A stretch of DNA of 64,000 nt from a bacterium (GTDB taxonomy: Bacteria; Patescibacteriota; Patescibacteriia; Patescibacteriales; UBA12075). The notes beneath the pieces are model-generated. The model searched no databases and was not told where the DNA came from. It saw nothing but the letters and a program-made list of their open reading frames with translations. The stretch spans positions 11,318 through 75,317 of the forward strand of contig JBDRDI010000034.1 of assembly GCA_043820875.1 (NCBI GenBank), in the 5' to 3' direction. Below, piece by piece: positions 53,394 to 64,000 of this stretch. The translations under genes were made by a program, and so were the position numbers. Position 1 is the stretch's first letter, and every line of letters begins with the position of its first letter.

Positions 53394-55895
53394 ATGCGTC
53401 GTCGTAGAAGAAGAAGAAATCTTTTGGATTATATTCGCTTACCTAGTTTGCCCGAAGTTGATTTGGATTCGGAAACAAAAAAGGGTGTTTTTATTGTGCT
53501 GATTGTGGCCCTGGGCACCATCGGCCTTTTGGGGCTTTTCGGCAAGGCCGGAATGATTGGTGAGTATTTTAACAGTTGGCTCATACTGGGCTTCGGCTGG
53601 GGTAAATGGCTTGTGCCAATGATTTTAATTTTTTGGGGATATATGCTTTACAGTGAAAGGTTTGATGTGCGAGGCATAAATTATTTTGGACTTATTCTAT
53701 TTATTTTTTCTTTTCATTCTTTACTTTTTTTATTGATTGAACAAAATCAATGGGATACGGTGTTGGAAATCGGGCGTGGTGGAGGATACGCGGGTTTATT
53801 TTTGGCAGAGTTGTCTATAAAATATATGGGATTGATTGCGTCGTTTATTGTTTTGTTTTGTTTTGTGATTATTTCGTTTCTTCTGATATTCAACGCGACT
53901 TTAATGGAAATATTCGGTCCGGAAAGTTATCTTGCGCGCCTTTTTTATCCGCTTATTTTTTTATTGAAAAAAGTGTTTAGTGAAAGAGAAGAGGAAGAAG
54001 ATGATGATGAAGATGAAGAAGAGGACGATGAAAAGAGCGATGATGAAGAAGAGGAAGAAGAGGAAGAAGAGGACGATCATGAAGAAAACGAAGAAGAGCA
54101 TGAAGAAGATGAAGAAGAAGAGGAGGAAACTGGGGCGCCGGAATTTGTTGCCAAATCCATCAAGGAGAAAAAACAAATTGAAGAGGTCTGGTGGAAGCCG
54201 ACCGGAATAAAAATTGATTTGCCATTAGGACTACTCAAGGGAAGAGGTGGAAAGCCAACCAGCGGCGATATTAAAGAGAATAAAGAAATAATTAGAAGGT
54301 CGTTGGAGCATTTTGGAATAGATGTGGAGATGGGAGACGTGAGTGTCGGTCCGACTGTCACACAATATACATTCAAGCCGGCCGAAGGAGTAAAGCTGTC
54401 GCGCATTACAAACTTGAGCAATGATTTGGCTTTGGCTTTGGCGGCGCATCCGATTAGAATTGAAGCGCCGATTCCCGGAAAGTCATTGGTGGGAGTGGAG
54501 GTTCCAAATCAGGCCAAAGTTATTGTCGGCTTGAGAGAGATTTTAAAAGCCAAATCATCAAAGAAGAATAACCACAATATGATGTTGGCTCTCGGGAAAG
54601 ACGTTTCCGGCAATCCATGGTTTGGAGACATTACCAAGATGCCTCATCTGTTGGTCGCGGGCGCGACCAATTCCGGCAAGTCGGTTTGTTTAAATACTAT
54701 AATTGTAAGTTTAATGTATCAAAATAATCCTGATGATTTGAGATTTGTTATGGTTGATCCAAAGAGGGTGGAGTTTCAAGTATATAATAACATTCCGTAT
54801 TTGTTATGTCCGGTAGTAACCGATATTGGCAAAACAGTTAATGCGTTAAAGTGGTGTTTAAATGAAATGGACCGCCGGTTTGATATTCTTTCAAATTCAG
54901 GGCACCGGAATATCCAGTCATATAATGAAAGCATAAAAATAAAAATGCCGTATATTGTGGTGGTGATTGACGAATTGGCTGATTTGATGGCGGCCGCGGC
55001 CAAGGATATTGAATCCGGCGTAATTCGTTTGGCGCAGATGTCTCGCGCCGTGGGTATTCACTTGGTACTTGCCACTCAGCGCCCGAGCGTTGATGTTATT
55101 ACCGGTTTGATTAAGGCCAATATGCCGGCTCGCATCGCTTTTTCAGTTGCTTCAGGCACGGATTCCCGCACTATCCTTGATATTTTGGGCGCGGAAAAAT
55201 TGTTGGGACGCGGGGACATGCTTTTTGTGGATGCGGAAATGTCCAAGCCGGTTCGTTTGCAAGGCGCGTTTTTGAGCGATGAAGAAATCAAAAAAATAAT
55301 TAGACATGTTAAAAGGCAAAGCGATGGACAAACATGTTTTATTGACGCCATAACCGATCGGCAAAAAGTGAAAGGATTTGATGGCGTTGGATTTGGTGGT
55401 AGCGGAGACGATGATGAATTGCTCAGCGAGGCGAAAGAAACAGTAATTAACATGAATCGAGCTTCGGCCTCTCTTTTACAGAGAAAATTAAGAATCGGCT
55501 ATGCTCGCGCCGCAAGTATTTTGGATGCCTTGGAGGCGGAAGGTGTTATTAGTGCGGGAAACGGTTCCAAGCCGCGTGAAGTTTTGGTTTCCAGAGAAGA
55601 GTATGAGGCTGGATTATCGCAGGGAATAAGCGGTGTTTCTTTACATAAAAAAGAAGAGGCGGACACACAGAAATCATATTTGGGAGAAGAAAGCGATACC
55701 TCGTTGGTTTTCGACCCTTCGGCAAGCTCAGGGCAAGATGATGATGAAGAAGATGAAGAAGATGATTATGAAGAAAACGAAAGCGAGCACCAAGAAGATG
55801 TAGAGGAAGAGGAAGAAGAGGAGGAGGAGAAAAAAGGTAGCGACGAAAAAGACGAAGACGATGATGAAGATGAAGGAAAATATTTTTCAAGATAA
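53394..55895 (+). CDS. ftsK: DNA translocase FtsK with D/E-rich linker and C-terminal tail
   Basis: Four N-terminal TM helices, Walker A GATNSGKSV, VVVIDELADLM and gamma domain LLQRKLRIGYARAASILDALE. Confidence 0.95.
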   Translation: MRRRRRRRNLLDYIRLPSLPEVDLDSETKKGVFIVLIVALGTIGLLGLFGKAGMIGEYFNSWLILGFGWGKWLVPMILIFWGYMLYSERFDVRGINYFGLILFIFSFHSLLFLLIEQNQWDTVLEIGRGGGYAGLFLAELSIKYMGLIASFIVLFCFVIISFLLIFNATLMEIFGPESYLARLFYPLIFLLKKVFSEREEEEDDDEDEEEDDEKSDDEEEEEEEEEDDHEENEEEHEEDEEEEEETGAPEFVAKSIKEKKQIEEVWWKPTGIKIDLPLGLLKGRGGKPTSGDIKENKEIIRRSLEHFGIDVEMGDVSVGPTVTQYTFKPAEGVKLSRITNLSNDLALALAAHPIRIEAPIPGKSLVGVEVPNQAKVIVGLREILKAKSSKKNNHNMMLALGKDVSGNPWFGDITKMPHLLVAGATNSGKSVCLNTIIVSLMYQNNPDDLRFVMVDPKRVEFQVYNNIPYLLCPVVTDIGKTVNALKWCLNEMDRRFDILSNSGHRNIQSYNESIKIKMPYIVVVIDELADLMAAAAKDIESGVIRLAQMSRAVGIHLVLATQRPSVDVITGLIKANMPARIAFSVASGTDSRTILDILGAEKLLGRGDMLFVDAEMSKPVRLQGAFLSDEEIKKIIRHVKRQSDGQTCFIDAITDRQKVKGFDGVGFGGSGDDDELLSEAKETVINMNRASASLLQRKLRIGYARAASILDALEAEGVISAGNGSKPREVLVSREEYEAGLSQGISGVSLHKKEEADTQKSYLGEESDTSLVFDPSASSGQDDDEEDEEDDYEENESEHQEDVEEEEEEEEEKKGSDEKDEDDDEDEGKYFSR

Positions 55896-55933
55896 TACAA
55901 AAGAAGAGATCTAAATAATTATTTTTTAATTCT

Positions 55934-56581
55934 ATGATTATTACTTATTTCGGACATTCATGTTTTAAAATTCAAGACAAGACCGGTACGGACAGTATAG
56001 AATTGACTACTGATCCGTTTGACGAATCAGTCGGGCTTAAAGTCCCCAATTTTAAGTCGGAAATCGTCACAGTGAGCCACAAACATCAAGACCATAATAA
56101 TATCAAGGTTATACGCGGAAATCCGTACATTGTACAAAGCGCTGGCGAGTATGATATTTCCGGTGTATCAATCCACGGCGTAGAATCGTTTCATGACGAT
56201 AATAACGGTAAAGAACGTGGTATAAATATAATTTATCGGATTGAGATGGACGGTGTTTCTGTTTCGCATTTGGGCGACTTGGGGCATTTGTTGAACGAAA
56301 AACAATTGGACGTTTTGGTTGGTACGGATGTTTTGCTTGTTCCGGTTGGCGGCAAATATACATTGGACGCGAAAAAAGCCGCGGAAGTTGTAAACCAAAT
56401 AGAACCGCGCATAGTGATTCCGATGCATTATAAGACCAATGGATCAAAAGTGGATATTGACGGTGTTGATAAATTTATTAAAGAACTTGGTGTCAAGCCG
56501 ACAGAGGAAGAAAGATTAAAAATTTCCAAAAAAGATTTACCGCAAGAAGATATGCGCCTCGTAATTTTAAGTTGCTTATAA
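55934..56581 (+). CDS. MBL-fold metallo-hydrolase (UPF0173-like)
   Basis: MIITYFGHSCFKI and VSHKHQDHNN. Confidence 0.8.
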   Translation: MIITYFGHSCFKIQDKTGTDSIELTTDPFDESVGLKVPNFKSEIVTVSHKHQDHNNIKVIRGNPYIVQSAGEYDISGVSIHGVESFHDDNNGKERGINIIYRIEMDGVSVSHLGDLGHLLNEKQLDVLVGTDVLLVPVGGKYTLDAKKAAEVVNQIEPRIVIPMHYKTNGSKVDIDGVDKFIKELGVKPTEEERLKISKKDLPQEDMRLVILSCL

Positions 56582-56723
56582 TTTTTAAATTCGTCTCTCA
56601 TTGTTCTAATATTAGATAAAATATTATCTATTTTTGCTCTTTACTTTTCATGAAAATTTTGTTAATATAAAGACAGAAAGCACTCTTGTTTTTAGAGTGG
56701 TTTTAATTTTAAAAAGTAATTAT

Positions 56724-57380
56724 ATGGCCAAAGGAGGAGCAACAAGGCCGGCTAAAAATAAAACGCATTCGCCAAGAGCCTCAAAAGTGGTTAAATTAAA
56801 TGTTCGGCGCATTGCGGAAGAAAAACCTTCTGTCAGCTTAGTCGCACCAGTCAAGAAAAGAAAATCAGTTAGCTTAAGAAAGAAGAATAGAACAAAAGGC
56901 GTTGAGAAGCGAAAAGAAGAGGAGATGAAGAAGCACGTGGAAGATCTTGTTAGAAGAGAGATAGTTCGCGCAAGAATAGAAAAACAAAAACGAATAGTTT
57001 TGTGGACTGGCGTTATTTTTTTTATGTCTCTTATCGCTTTCGGCTGGGTTTTTAGTTTAAAGAATTCATTTCAGGAAATAAGTGCTGAGGAAACAGCGGT
57101 CAATTTGAACGGTATGTCCAAGGATATAGACGGTCAAATTAAAGAGTTGAAAGACAACATGGAAAAAGCAAAAGAATCTTTCGGTTTGAAAGATCCGGGT
57201 GAGTTGAATGGTGCGAGCTCCACAGTCGATGAATTGTTTGCAACAAGCTCGGAAGCAAGTGTGGAGGTTGTTGCTCCAATAAGCGCCACTTCAACAGAAA
57301 TCAAAACAGACCAGAAAACATTGGATGAGATTGAAAGTTTAAAATTAAAAATAGACGAGCTGGAAAAGAAGATGAAATAG
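56724..57380 (+). CDS. Hypothetical single-pass membrane protein
   Basis: Basic N-terminus, a TM helix LWTGVIFFMSLIAFGWVF and a coiled-coil tail. Start chosen at the internal Met (MAKGGATRP). Confidence 0.5.
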   Translation: MAKGGATRPAKNKTHSPRASKVVKLNVRRIAEEKPSVSLVAPVKKRKSVSLRKKNRTKGVEKRKEEEMKKHVEDLVRREIVRARIEKQKRIVLWTGVIFFMSLIAFGWVFSLKNSFQEISAEETAVNLNGMSKDIDGQIKELKDNMEKAKESFGLKDPGELNGASSTVDELFATSSEASVEVVAPISATSTEIKTDQKTLDEIESLKLKIDELEKKMK

Positions 57381-57415
57381 AATTTAGAATTTAGGATATA
57401 GAATTTGGAAATTTT

Positions 57416-60142
57416 ATGAAAAAAATAATCAAAAAAATAATAAAGAAGAAACCGGAAAATAAAAAGAAAGCAAAAGTTTCTCGTGTTCAGGCTGTAAAAA
57501 AACCCTTCGACAAGCTCAGGGCAGGGAAAGAAAAAATAGTTAAAGAAAAAAAAGTTTCCTTGATAAATTCTAAACAAGAAGAAAAGGTGAAAAAAGTTGA
57601 TGAAAAGAATGTTGTAAATAATGATTTGCCGGAGAATGCGGAACAAAAGATAGAGAGCGTTAATCGCAACGACATTGTTGCCGGAGATACCATGACTGAG
57701 TTTGGTTTGGTGCGTCCGATGCCGATTACAGAGGAAATGAGCAAGTCGTATTTGGATTATGCCATGAGTGTTATTGTTCAACGCGCCTTGCCGGACGCTC
57801 GAGATGGATTGAAACCTGTACATAGAAGAATTTTGTATGCCATGTGGAGCGTGGGATTAAAAAGCAGCGCGAAATTTCGAAAGTCAGCCACCGTGGTCGG
57901 AGAAGTTTTAGGTAAGTATCATCCACACGGCGATTCTGCCGTTTATGATTCCATGGTACGGCTTGCGCAAGATTTTTCCATGCGCTACCCACTCGTGAAC
58001 GGACAAGGAAACTTTGGTTCAATGGACGGCGACAGCGCGGCTGCTATGCGTTATACGGAAGCGAAAATGACTCAGGTTGCAGAAGAATTGTTGGCTGATA
58101 TTGAAAAAGATACAGTTGATTTTATTCCGAATTTTGACGGTTCCCATCAAGAGCCGAAAGTTTTGCCGGCCAAATTGCCCAATTTATTATTGAATGGAAC
58201 AATGGGCATCGCAGTGGGCATGGCCACAAATATTCCGCCTCATAATTTGCGGGAGCTTATTCAGGCAATCGTTTGCTTGATTGATAATCCGGACGCGACC
58301 GTTGACGATTTGATGGAATTTGTAAAAGGACCGGATTTTCCAACCGGTGGAATCATATATAGCCATGATGACATCAAGCAAGCGTATGCCACAGGAAAGG
58401 GCGGTGTGGTTTTGCGTGGTCGGGCCGAAGTTGAAGAAACGAAAAATGGAACATTCCGCATTATCATTTCAGAAATACCTTTTCAATTGAATAAAGCAAC
58501 ACTCGTGGAAAAGATTGCGGATTTGGTTAAAGATAAAAAAATAGAAGGCGTTAAAGATTTGCGCGATGAGTCTGATAAAGACGGTGTGCGCGTTGTTTTG
58601 GATTTGAAAAAAGAATCTTACCCCAAAAAAATATTAAATAGTTTATATAAATTAACATCGCTTCAAGAGACATTTCATTTGAACATGTTGGCCTTGGTGG
58701 ACGGCATACAGCCGAAAGTTCTGACTTTAAAAATGGCCTTGGAAGAATATATTAAACATCGGCAAACGGTTGTTCGACGTCGAACCGAATTTGAATTGGC
58801 TCGAGCCAAAGCACGCGCGCATATTTTGGAAGGATTAATGATCGCCTTGAATAATATTGACGCGGTAATTAAAGTCATCAAAGCTTCTCGTGACAAAGAA
58901 GTCGCCAAAATAAATTTAATAAAAAAGTTTAAACTTACAGAAGTTCAAGCTGTGGCCATTCTGGAAATGCGCTTGCAAAACCTTGCCAATCTTGAAAAGA
59001 TGAAAATTGAAGATGAGCTGAAGGAAAAAAAGAAATTAATTAAAGACTTGGAAATAATATTAAAATCAAAAGAAAAAATCAGCGATATTATTAAAAAAGA
59101 GCTTGCGGATATTGAGGAAAAATACGGAGATGATAGAAAAACGCAAGTTATCGCGCGAGGTGTAAAAGATTTTTCCGTGGAAGATCTGGTACCGAACGAA
59201 GAGACAGTTGTGTTTATGACCCGCGACGGCTATATCAAAAGAAACGCGCCGGATACTTTCAAAGTGCAGGGCCGTGGCGGAAAAGGAGTGATTGGTTTGA
59301 CCACCAAAGAGGAAGACATGATTGAATTTATGTTTACCACCACCACTCATTCCGATATTTTGTTTTTTACAACCAAGGGCAGGGTGTTTCAGCTTAAGGT
59401 ATATGAAATTCCGGTGGCAACCAGAACCGCCAAGGGGCAGGCTATTGTAAATTTTTTACAGCTTTCCTCCGGAGAAAAAATAACCTCCACGCTTCCATTG
59501 GATAAAATTACCAAAAGCAAGTATTTGTTTTTCGCAACCGAAAAAGGTTTGGTGAAAAAAGTAAAGCTGGAAGCGTTTGGCAATGTGCGTCGTTCCGGAC
59601 TGGTGGCCATCAAAATTAAAGAAAATGACAAGCTCATTTGGGCCAAACCGACCATGGGCGATGATCAAATACAACTTATTACCGCGCACGGCCAAGCCAT
59701 TAGATTTAAAGAAGCGGATGTACGCGATATGGGCAGAGGAGCAGCCGGTGTTCATGGCATTCGGTTAAAAGGTAATGACGCTGTAGTGGGTATGGGCGTG
59801 ATTAAAAACGATAAAGAAAAAATGAAAAGATATCAGATTTTATCAATCATGGAGCAAGGTTTTGGTAAGCGTACAGCTCTTAATCTGTATAAAGTGCAAG
59901 GTCGTGGCGGATCCGGAATCAAAACAGCGAAAGTGACGGAAAAAACCGGCAACTTGGTGAGCGCCTATATTGTGAACAACGAATCCATGGCAGAAAAAGA
60001 TTTGATTATTATTTCTGAAAAAGGGCAAGTCATCAGAATCTCATATAAAACAGTAAATCAATCCGGACGCGATACCGTTGGTGTGAGATTAATGAGACTT
60101 AAAGAAGGCGGAGATAAGATAGCCTGCGTTACATGGGCGTAG
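57416..60142 (+). CDS. gyrA: DNA gyrase subunit A with a ~95-aa Lys-rich N-terminal extension
   Basis: [30 protein letters not shown], the active-site Tyr in AAMRYTEAK, and the C-terminal beta-pinwheel repeats. Confidence 0.97.
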   Translation: MKKIIKKIIKKKPENKKKAKVSRVQAVKKPFDKLRAGKEKIVKEKKVSLINSKQEEKVKKVDEKNVVNNDLPENAEQKIESVNRNDIVAGDTMTEFGLVRPMPITEEMSKSYLDYAMSVIVQRALPDARDGLKPVHRRILYAMWSVGLKSSAKFRKSATVVGEVLGKYHPHGDSAVYDSMVRLAQDFSMRYPLVNGQGNFGSMDGDSAAAMRYTEAKMTQVAEELLADIEKDTVDFIPNFDGSHQEPKVLPAKLPNLLLNGTMGIAVGMATNIPPHNLRELIQAIVCLIDNPDATVDDLMEFVKGPDFPTGGIIYSHDDIKQAYATGKGGVVLRGRAEVEETKNGTFRIIISEIPFQLNKATLVEKIADLVKDKKIEGVKDLRDESDKDGVRVVLDLKKESYPKKILNSLYKLTSLQETFHLNMLALVDGIQPKVLTLKMALEEYIKHRQTVVRRRTEFELARAKARAHILEGLMIALNNIDAVIKVIKASRDKEVAKINLIKKFKLTEVQAVAILEMRLQNLANLEKMKIEDELKEKKKLIKDLEIILKSKEKISDIIKKELADIEEKYGDDRKTQVIARGVKDFSVEDLVPNEETVVFMTRDGYIKRNAPDTFKVQGRGGKGVIGLTTKEEDMIEFMFTTTTHSDILFFTTKGRVFQLKVYEIPVATRTAKGQAIVNFLQLSSGEKITSTLPLDKITKSKYLFFATEKGLVKKVKLEAFGNVRRSGLVAIKIKENDKLIWAKPTMGDDQIQLITAHGQAIRFKEADVRDMGRGAAGVHGIRLKGNDAVVGMGVIKNDKEKMKRYQILSIMEQGFGKRTALNLYKVQGRGGSGIKTAKVTEKTGNLVSAYIVNNESMAEKDLIIISEKGQVIRISYKTVNQSGRDTVGVRLMRLKEGGDKIACVTWA

Positions 60143-60144
60143 AT

Positions 60145-60179
60145 CGGATTTCGGATTTCGGATGTCGGATATCAGATGT
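60145..60179. repeat. Heptanucleotide tandem array (CGGATNT x5) directly after the gyrA stop
   Basis: cggattt cggattt cggatgt cggatat cagatgt. Confidence 0.8.
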
Positions 60180-60220
60180 TGAATATTAATTATTTTATTA
60201 ATTTATTAAATATTTCTTTT

Positions 60221-61168
60221 ATGAAAAAAGTTATTTTTGGAGGATTGTTGTTCATTTTAATTATCTCCGGATGTACTAAGCAGAATAATGAAGCAATAAG
60301 TGTTATTTTGGGGCTGGATGAAGCCAAGGCGTTGGCATTAAGTTTTATTAATGAAAATTTGGTCAATCCGGGTTCAGAAGTGACAATTAAAGAGATTACG
60401 GAAGAAAACGGATTGTATAAAATCGTAGTAACGCCCCAAACCGGAAATGACATTAATTCTTATATGACCCTTGACGGCAAAATGTTTTTTCCGCAAGGCA
60501 TAGACATTGATGAATTGGCGCAGGAGAACGAGGCTCAAGAAGAAGCAGCACAAGGAACAGTAAACGCTGTTTCCAAAACAGATCAGCCGGAAGTTGAATT
60601 ATTTGTGATGAGTTTTTGTCCATACGGCACTTTGGCCGAAGATGCCATGTCGCCCGTTGTTGATTTGCTACAAGACAAAGCCAATATCAAGGTGCGTTAT
60701 ATAGCGAGCGTTTCAGGAGATGATATAGACTCAGTAAAGTCTCTCCATGGCGTTATTGAGGGAAAAGAAGACGCGCGCCAATTATGTGTTGCTCGCGATT
60801 ACGGTCAAGAAATATTTTGGAAATATGTCGGCGCCATTAATAAAGATTGCGCGTCTCTCTATGGCGATGAAGAAAAATATGAAGAGTGCTGGCGAGGAGC
60901 AGCTGTCGCCTCGGGCGTGAGTGCCGATAAAGTTGCGTCTTGTGTGGATAAAGACGGCGCAAGCTTGATCAGCGCTGAGGACGTGGAAGCGCAAAAATAC
61001 AATGTATCCGGTTCCCCGACTTTGGTTATCAACGGCACAATATCAAACGCAAGCCGAACGCCGGAAGGATATAAACAAGCAATTTGCGCGGCCTTTAACA
61101 CAGAGCCGTCAGAATGCTCACAAACTCTGAGTAGCGCCGGTGGAACAGCAGAGGGAGGATGTAATTAA
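60221..61168 (+). CDS. Thioredoxin-fold lipoprotein (DsbA/GILT-like) with CPYG in place of CxxC
   Basis: Lipobox LIISGC. FVMSFCPYGT...SGSPTLVINGT. Start chosen at the internal Met (MKKVIFGG). Confidence 0.55.
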   Translation: MKKVIFGGLLFILIISGCTKQNNEAISVILGLDEAKALALSFINENLVNPGSEVTIKEITEENGLYKIVVTPQTGNDINSYMTLDGKMFFPQGIDIDELAQENEAQEEAAQGTVNAVSKTDQPEVELFVMSFCPYGTLAEDAMSPVVDLLQDKANIKVRYIASVSGDDIDSVKSLHGVIEGKEDARQLCVARDYGQEIFWKYVGAINKDCASLYGDEEKYEECWRGAAVASGVSADKVASCVDKDGASLISAEDVEAQKYNVSGSPTLVINGTISNASRTPEGYKQAICAAFNTEPSECSQTLSSAGGTAEGGCN

Positions 61169-61223
61169 TAGATTTTAATATTGGAAGTCTATATAAAATA
61201 ATTATTATATAATTTAAAATAAT

Positions 61224-61532
61224 ATGGAAAACATAAAACCAATGGAAGTAAAAAATCCAATAGAAAGTTCAATAGAAAAAACGCCTCAAGAGAAACGCAA
61301 AGAACTTTTTGCGAAACCGCGTACGCAGGCAGACTGGAAAAATTTAATTAATGGTATGGCTGGGAGGAAAGTTATCGCTGGGGTGCAAAGCAATAATGAA
61401 GATAAACTGCTCACCTTTAAGGATCTTAATAGGGCGTTGCTCGTAACTACTAATTTTTTTACCGCGGAGGATCTTCGAGAACGTAGCAATGTGTTGCAAA
61501 TTATTCAAAGCATTATTGATGATAAAAATTAG
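61224..61532 (+). CDS. Hypothetical protein
   Basis: 102-aa ORF. No domain recognised. Confidence 0.4.
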   Translation: MENIKPMEVKNPIESSIEKTPQEKRKELFAKPRTQADWKNLINGMAGRKVIAGVQSNNEDKLLTFKDLNRALLVTTNFFTAEDLRERSNVLQIIQSIIDDKN

Positions 61533-61743
61533 CATTTATATAAAAAATTAATTTAAAATAAAATTAGGCGTGCTGCCTCTTGCTTTATTTTTAATAATAG
61601 TATATAATATTTTTAATAACTAAATATTCACGCCTATAATAAATTTCTTGATTTCAGGCGGTCAAGAGACTTTCCGACATACTGGAGGGTTAAAAAGACT
61701 TTTTTTATTTTAGAAATTAGAAAAATAAAAAAAATATAAAAAA

Positions 61744-63027
61744 ATGAAAAAAATAATTGACAATCCAACTTTGCAGGACAGCGCGTTTGGAAAATTATTG
61801 AATAGTGACGATTTTCAAATTCCCAGCGCTGGAGACTTGATTAAAGGAACTGTGCTTTCCGCTTCCAAGGCGGAAGTAAAACTTGATATCGGCGGTGTAA
61901 TGACCGGTGTGGTAAGAGGCCCGGAACTTTATGAAGAAGATGATGATTATGCAAAAATTAAACCTGGGCAAGAAGTTGAAGCCACGGTTATTGAAGGCGA
62001 AAATGAAAATGGTGAATTGGAATTATCATTTCGTTTTGCCGGACAAGAGCGCGCATGGGAGGGATTGAGAAGCGCGTATCAAGAAAGCGATAATATTAAA
62101 GTAAAAGTGGCCGATGTTAATAAAGGCGGACTCTTGGTTAAATATCGTCAGATCGCCGGATTTTTGCCGGTGTCTCAGCTGGCTCCGGAAAATTATCCGC
62201 GAGTCTCAGGCGGAGACAAGGGAAAAATTTTGGAAAAATTAAGATCTTTTGTCGGCGCGGAATTTGAAGTTAAAGTTTCCACGCTTAATGAGAGGGAAGA
62301 TAAAATTATTTTTAGTGAAAAGGACGCTTGGAATGAAAAACAAAAAGACGTTATTTCAAAATATAAGATTGGCACGGAAGTGGAAGGAACAATCGCCGCC
62401 ATTACCAATTTTGGCGTGTTCGTAAATTTCGCCGATAATTTGGAAGGATTGATTCATATTTCCGAGCTGGCTTGGCAAAGGATTGACGATCCGGCGGATT
62501 TATTTAGAGTGGGAGACAAGATAAAGGCGGAAGTGATTGGTGTTGAAAATTCAAAAATATTTTTAAGCGCCAAAAAGCTTCAAAAAGACCCGTGGGAATT
62601 GATTGGAGAAAAATATAAACTTGGCCAAACCGTTCAAGGAAAGATTATCAAAGTGAATCCTTTCGGATTGTTTGTTTCACTGGATGATGATATTCACGGA
62701 TTGGCGCATATCAGTCAATTGAAGCTTTTGCCAAAAGAAAAGATCAATGACAAATTCAAGGTCAATGAAAAAGTAAATTTTGAAATTGTTTCCATGAAGC
62801 CGGAAGACCATCGTTTGGGATTGGCTTTCTCAGGAGACGGAGCTCAAGAAGAAAAAAGTGGCGAAGATGTTTCTCAAGATAAAGAAGATAAAAAAGAAGA
62901 GAAATCAGTGAAGGTAAAAGAGAAAAAGAAAGAAGAGAAGTCAGAGAAGCCGGAGAAGAAAGAGAAGAAGAAAGAAGAGAAGTCAGGGAAGCCGGAAAAG
63001 AAAGAGAGTAAAAAAGAGAAGAAATAA
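61744..63027 (+). CDS. rpsA: 30S ribosomal protein S1 (four S1 domains) with a K/E-rich repeat tail
   Basis: Repeated S1 OB signatures (GDLIKGTVLS, GTEVEGTIAAITNFGVFVNF, GQTVQGKIIKVNPFGLFVSL). The tail reads KKEEKSEKPEKKEKKKEEKSGKPEKKE. Confidence 0.85.
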   Translation: MKKIIDNPTLQDSAFGKLLNSDDFQIPSAGDLIKGTVLSASKAEVKLDIGGVMTGVVRGPELYEEDDDYAKIKPGQEVEATVIEGENENGELELSFRFAGQERAWEGLRSAYQESDNIKVKVADVNKGGLLVKYRQIAGFLPVSQLAPENYPRVSGGDKGKILEKLRSFVGAEFEVKVSTLNEREDKIIFSEKDAWNEKQKDVISKYKIGTEVEGTIAAITNFGVFVNFADNLEGLIHISELAWQRIDDPADLFRVGDKIKAEVIGVENSKIFLSAKKLQKDPWELIGEKYKLGQTVQGKIIKVNPFGLFVSLDDDIHGLAHISQLKLLPKEKINDKFKVNEKVNFEIVSMKPEDHRLGLAFSGDGAQEEKSGEDVSQDKEDKKEEKSVKVKEKKKEEKSEKPEKKEKKKEEKSGKPEKKESKKEKK

Positions 63028-63051
63028 AAAAGAGAAAAAATAAAAAAGAAA

Positions 63052-63105
63052 ATCACCCCGTTCTTGGTTCTTGAAGGACGGGGTGATGCTGTTTTGTTTT
63101 TTTTG
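63052..63105 (+). terminator. rpsA intrinsic terminator
   Basis: atcaccccgt/acggggtgat 10-bp stem followed by a T-rich tract. Confidence 0.75.
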
Positions 63106-63121
63106 TTTTTATTAAAGATAG

Positions 63122-64000
<879 letters not shown>

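Noticed and set aside
53961-54210. ORFs of 71 and 76 aa overlapping the ftsK linker
   Set aside because: They are alternative-frame and antisense readings of the GAA/GAT-rich acidic linker. FtsK's own frame is continuous and conserved on both sides.
57134-57823. 229-aa minus-strand ORF spanning the end of the 56724 gene and the start of gyrA
   Set aside because: It is the antisense of two well-supported genes and of Lys-codon-rich low-complexity DNA. Its PELVEG peptide is just the reverse translation of the 23-nt repeat.

Overview
This is an AT-rich bacterial window read with the standard genetic code. The gene content looks like a reduced-genome, uncultivated CPR/Patescibacteria-like organism: a VirB2-like pilin, a CxxC zinc-ribbon protein, GH57, PEP synthase, and charged tails on housekeeping proteins. 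That placement is inference only. The window has two parts. (1) Positions ~1-13,000 form a very AT-rich accessory/defence island. It holds a phage/plasmid-type replication-initiator-like gene, SpoVG and a GC-rich structured non-coding block. It also holds a Panacea (DUF4065) antitoxin-like gene coupled to an unknown 170-aa partner. Next is a restriction-modification locus: C-protein, an HNH-type endonuclease candidate, an N6-adenine MTase and a circularly permuted C5-cytosine MTase. A LexA/S24-type repressor heads the methylase operon, and its promoter is back-to-back with that of a three-gene ubiquitin-like / E1-like / Cys-rich zinc-ribbon cassette. A stand-alone RelA/SpoT nucleotidyltransferase and an orphan gene bracketed by ~33-65-nt direct repeats complete the island. 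(2) Positions ~13,000-64,000 are mostly housekeeping. This part includes small membrane proteins, DedA, rubrerythrin-like protein, desulfoferrodoxin, ychF, rpsF-ssb-rpsR, efp, recA, a RodZ-like protein, a sugar-binding protein, comM/yifB and a secreted beta-helix protein. It continues with MscS, a CaCA antiporter, tRNA-Leu(UAG), ppsA, tsaD, tRNA-Glu(UUC), a PGI/PMI-type isomerase, yebC and ruvC. A glucan cluster follows (glgA, GH57, APH-like kinase, PHP phosphatase, pyruvyl transferase, second glgA). The rest is a short hinge-less SMC, a lamin-tail-domain protein, ftsK, an MBL hydrolase, gyrA, a thioredoxin-fold lipoprotein, rpsA and the 5' part of ftsH. Non-coding signals include heptanucleotide tandem arrays (CRGATRT / GACTTTC) at four gene or tRNA boundaries. 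A 23-nt GC-rich repeat lies inside ftsK and gyrA in different reading frames, and several promoter-plus-hairpin units look like small RNAs or leaders. The best candidate for a poorly or undescribed system is the Ubl / E1-like / zinc-ribbon cassette with its shared LexA-like control region and the adjacent RelA/SpoT enzyme. All coordinates and motifs were read by eye; no database search or folding program was run.
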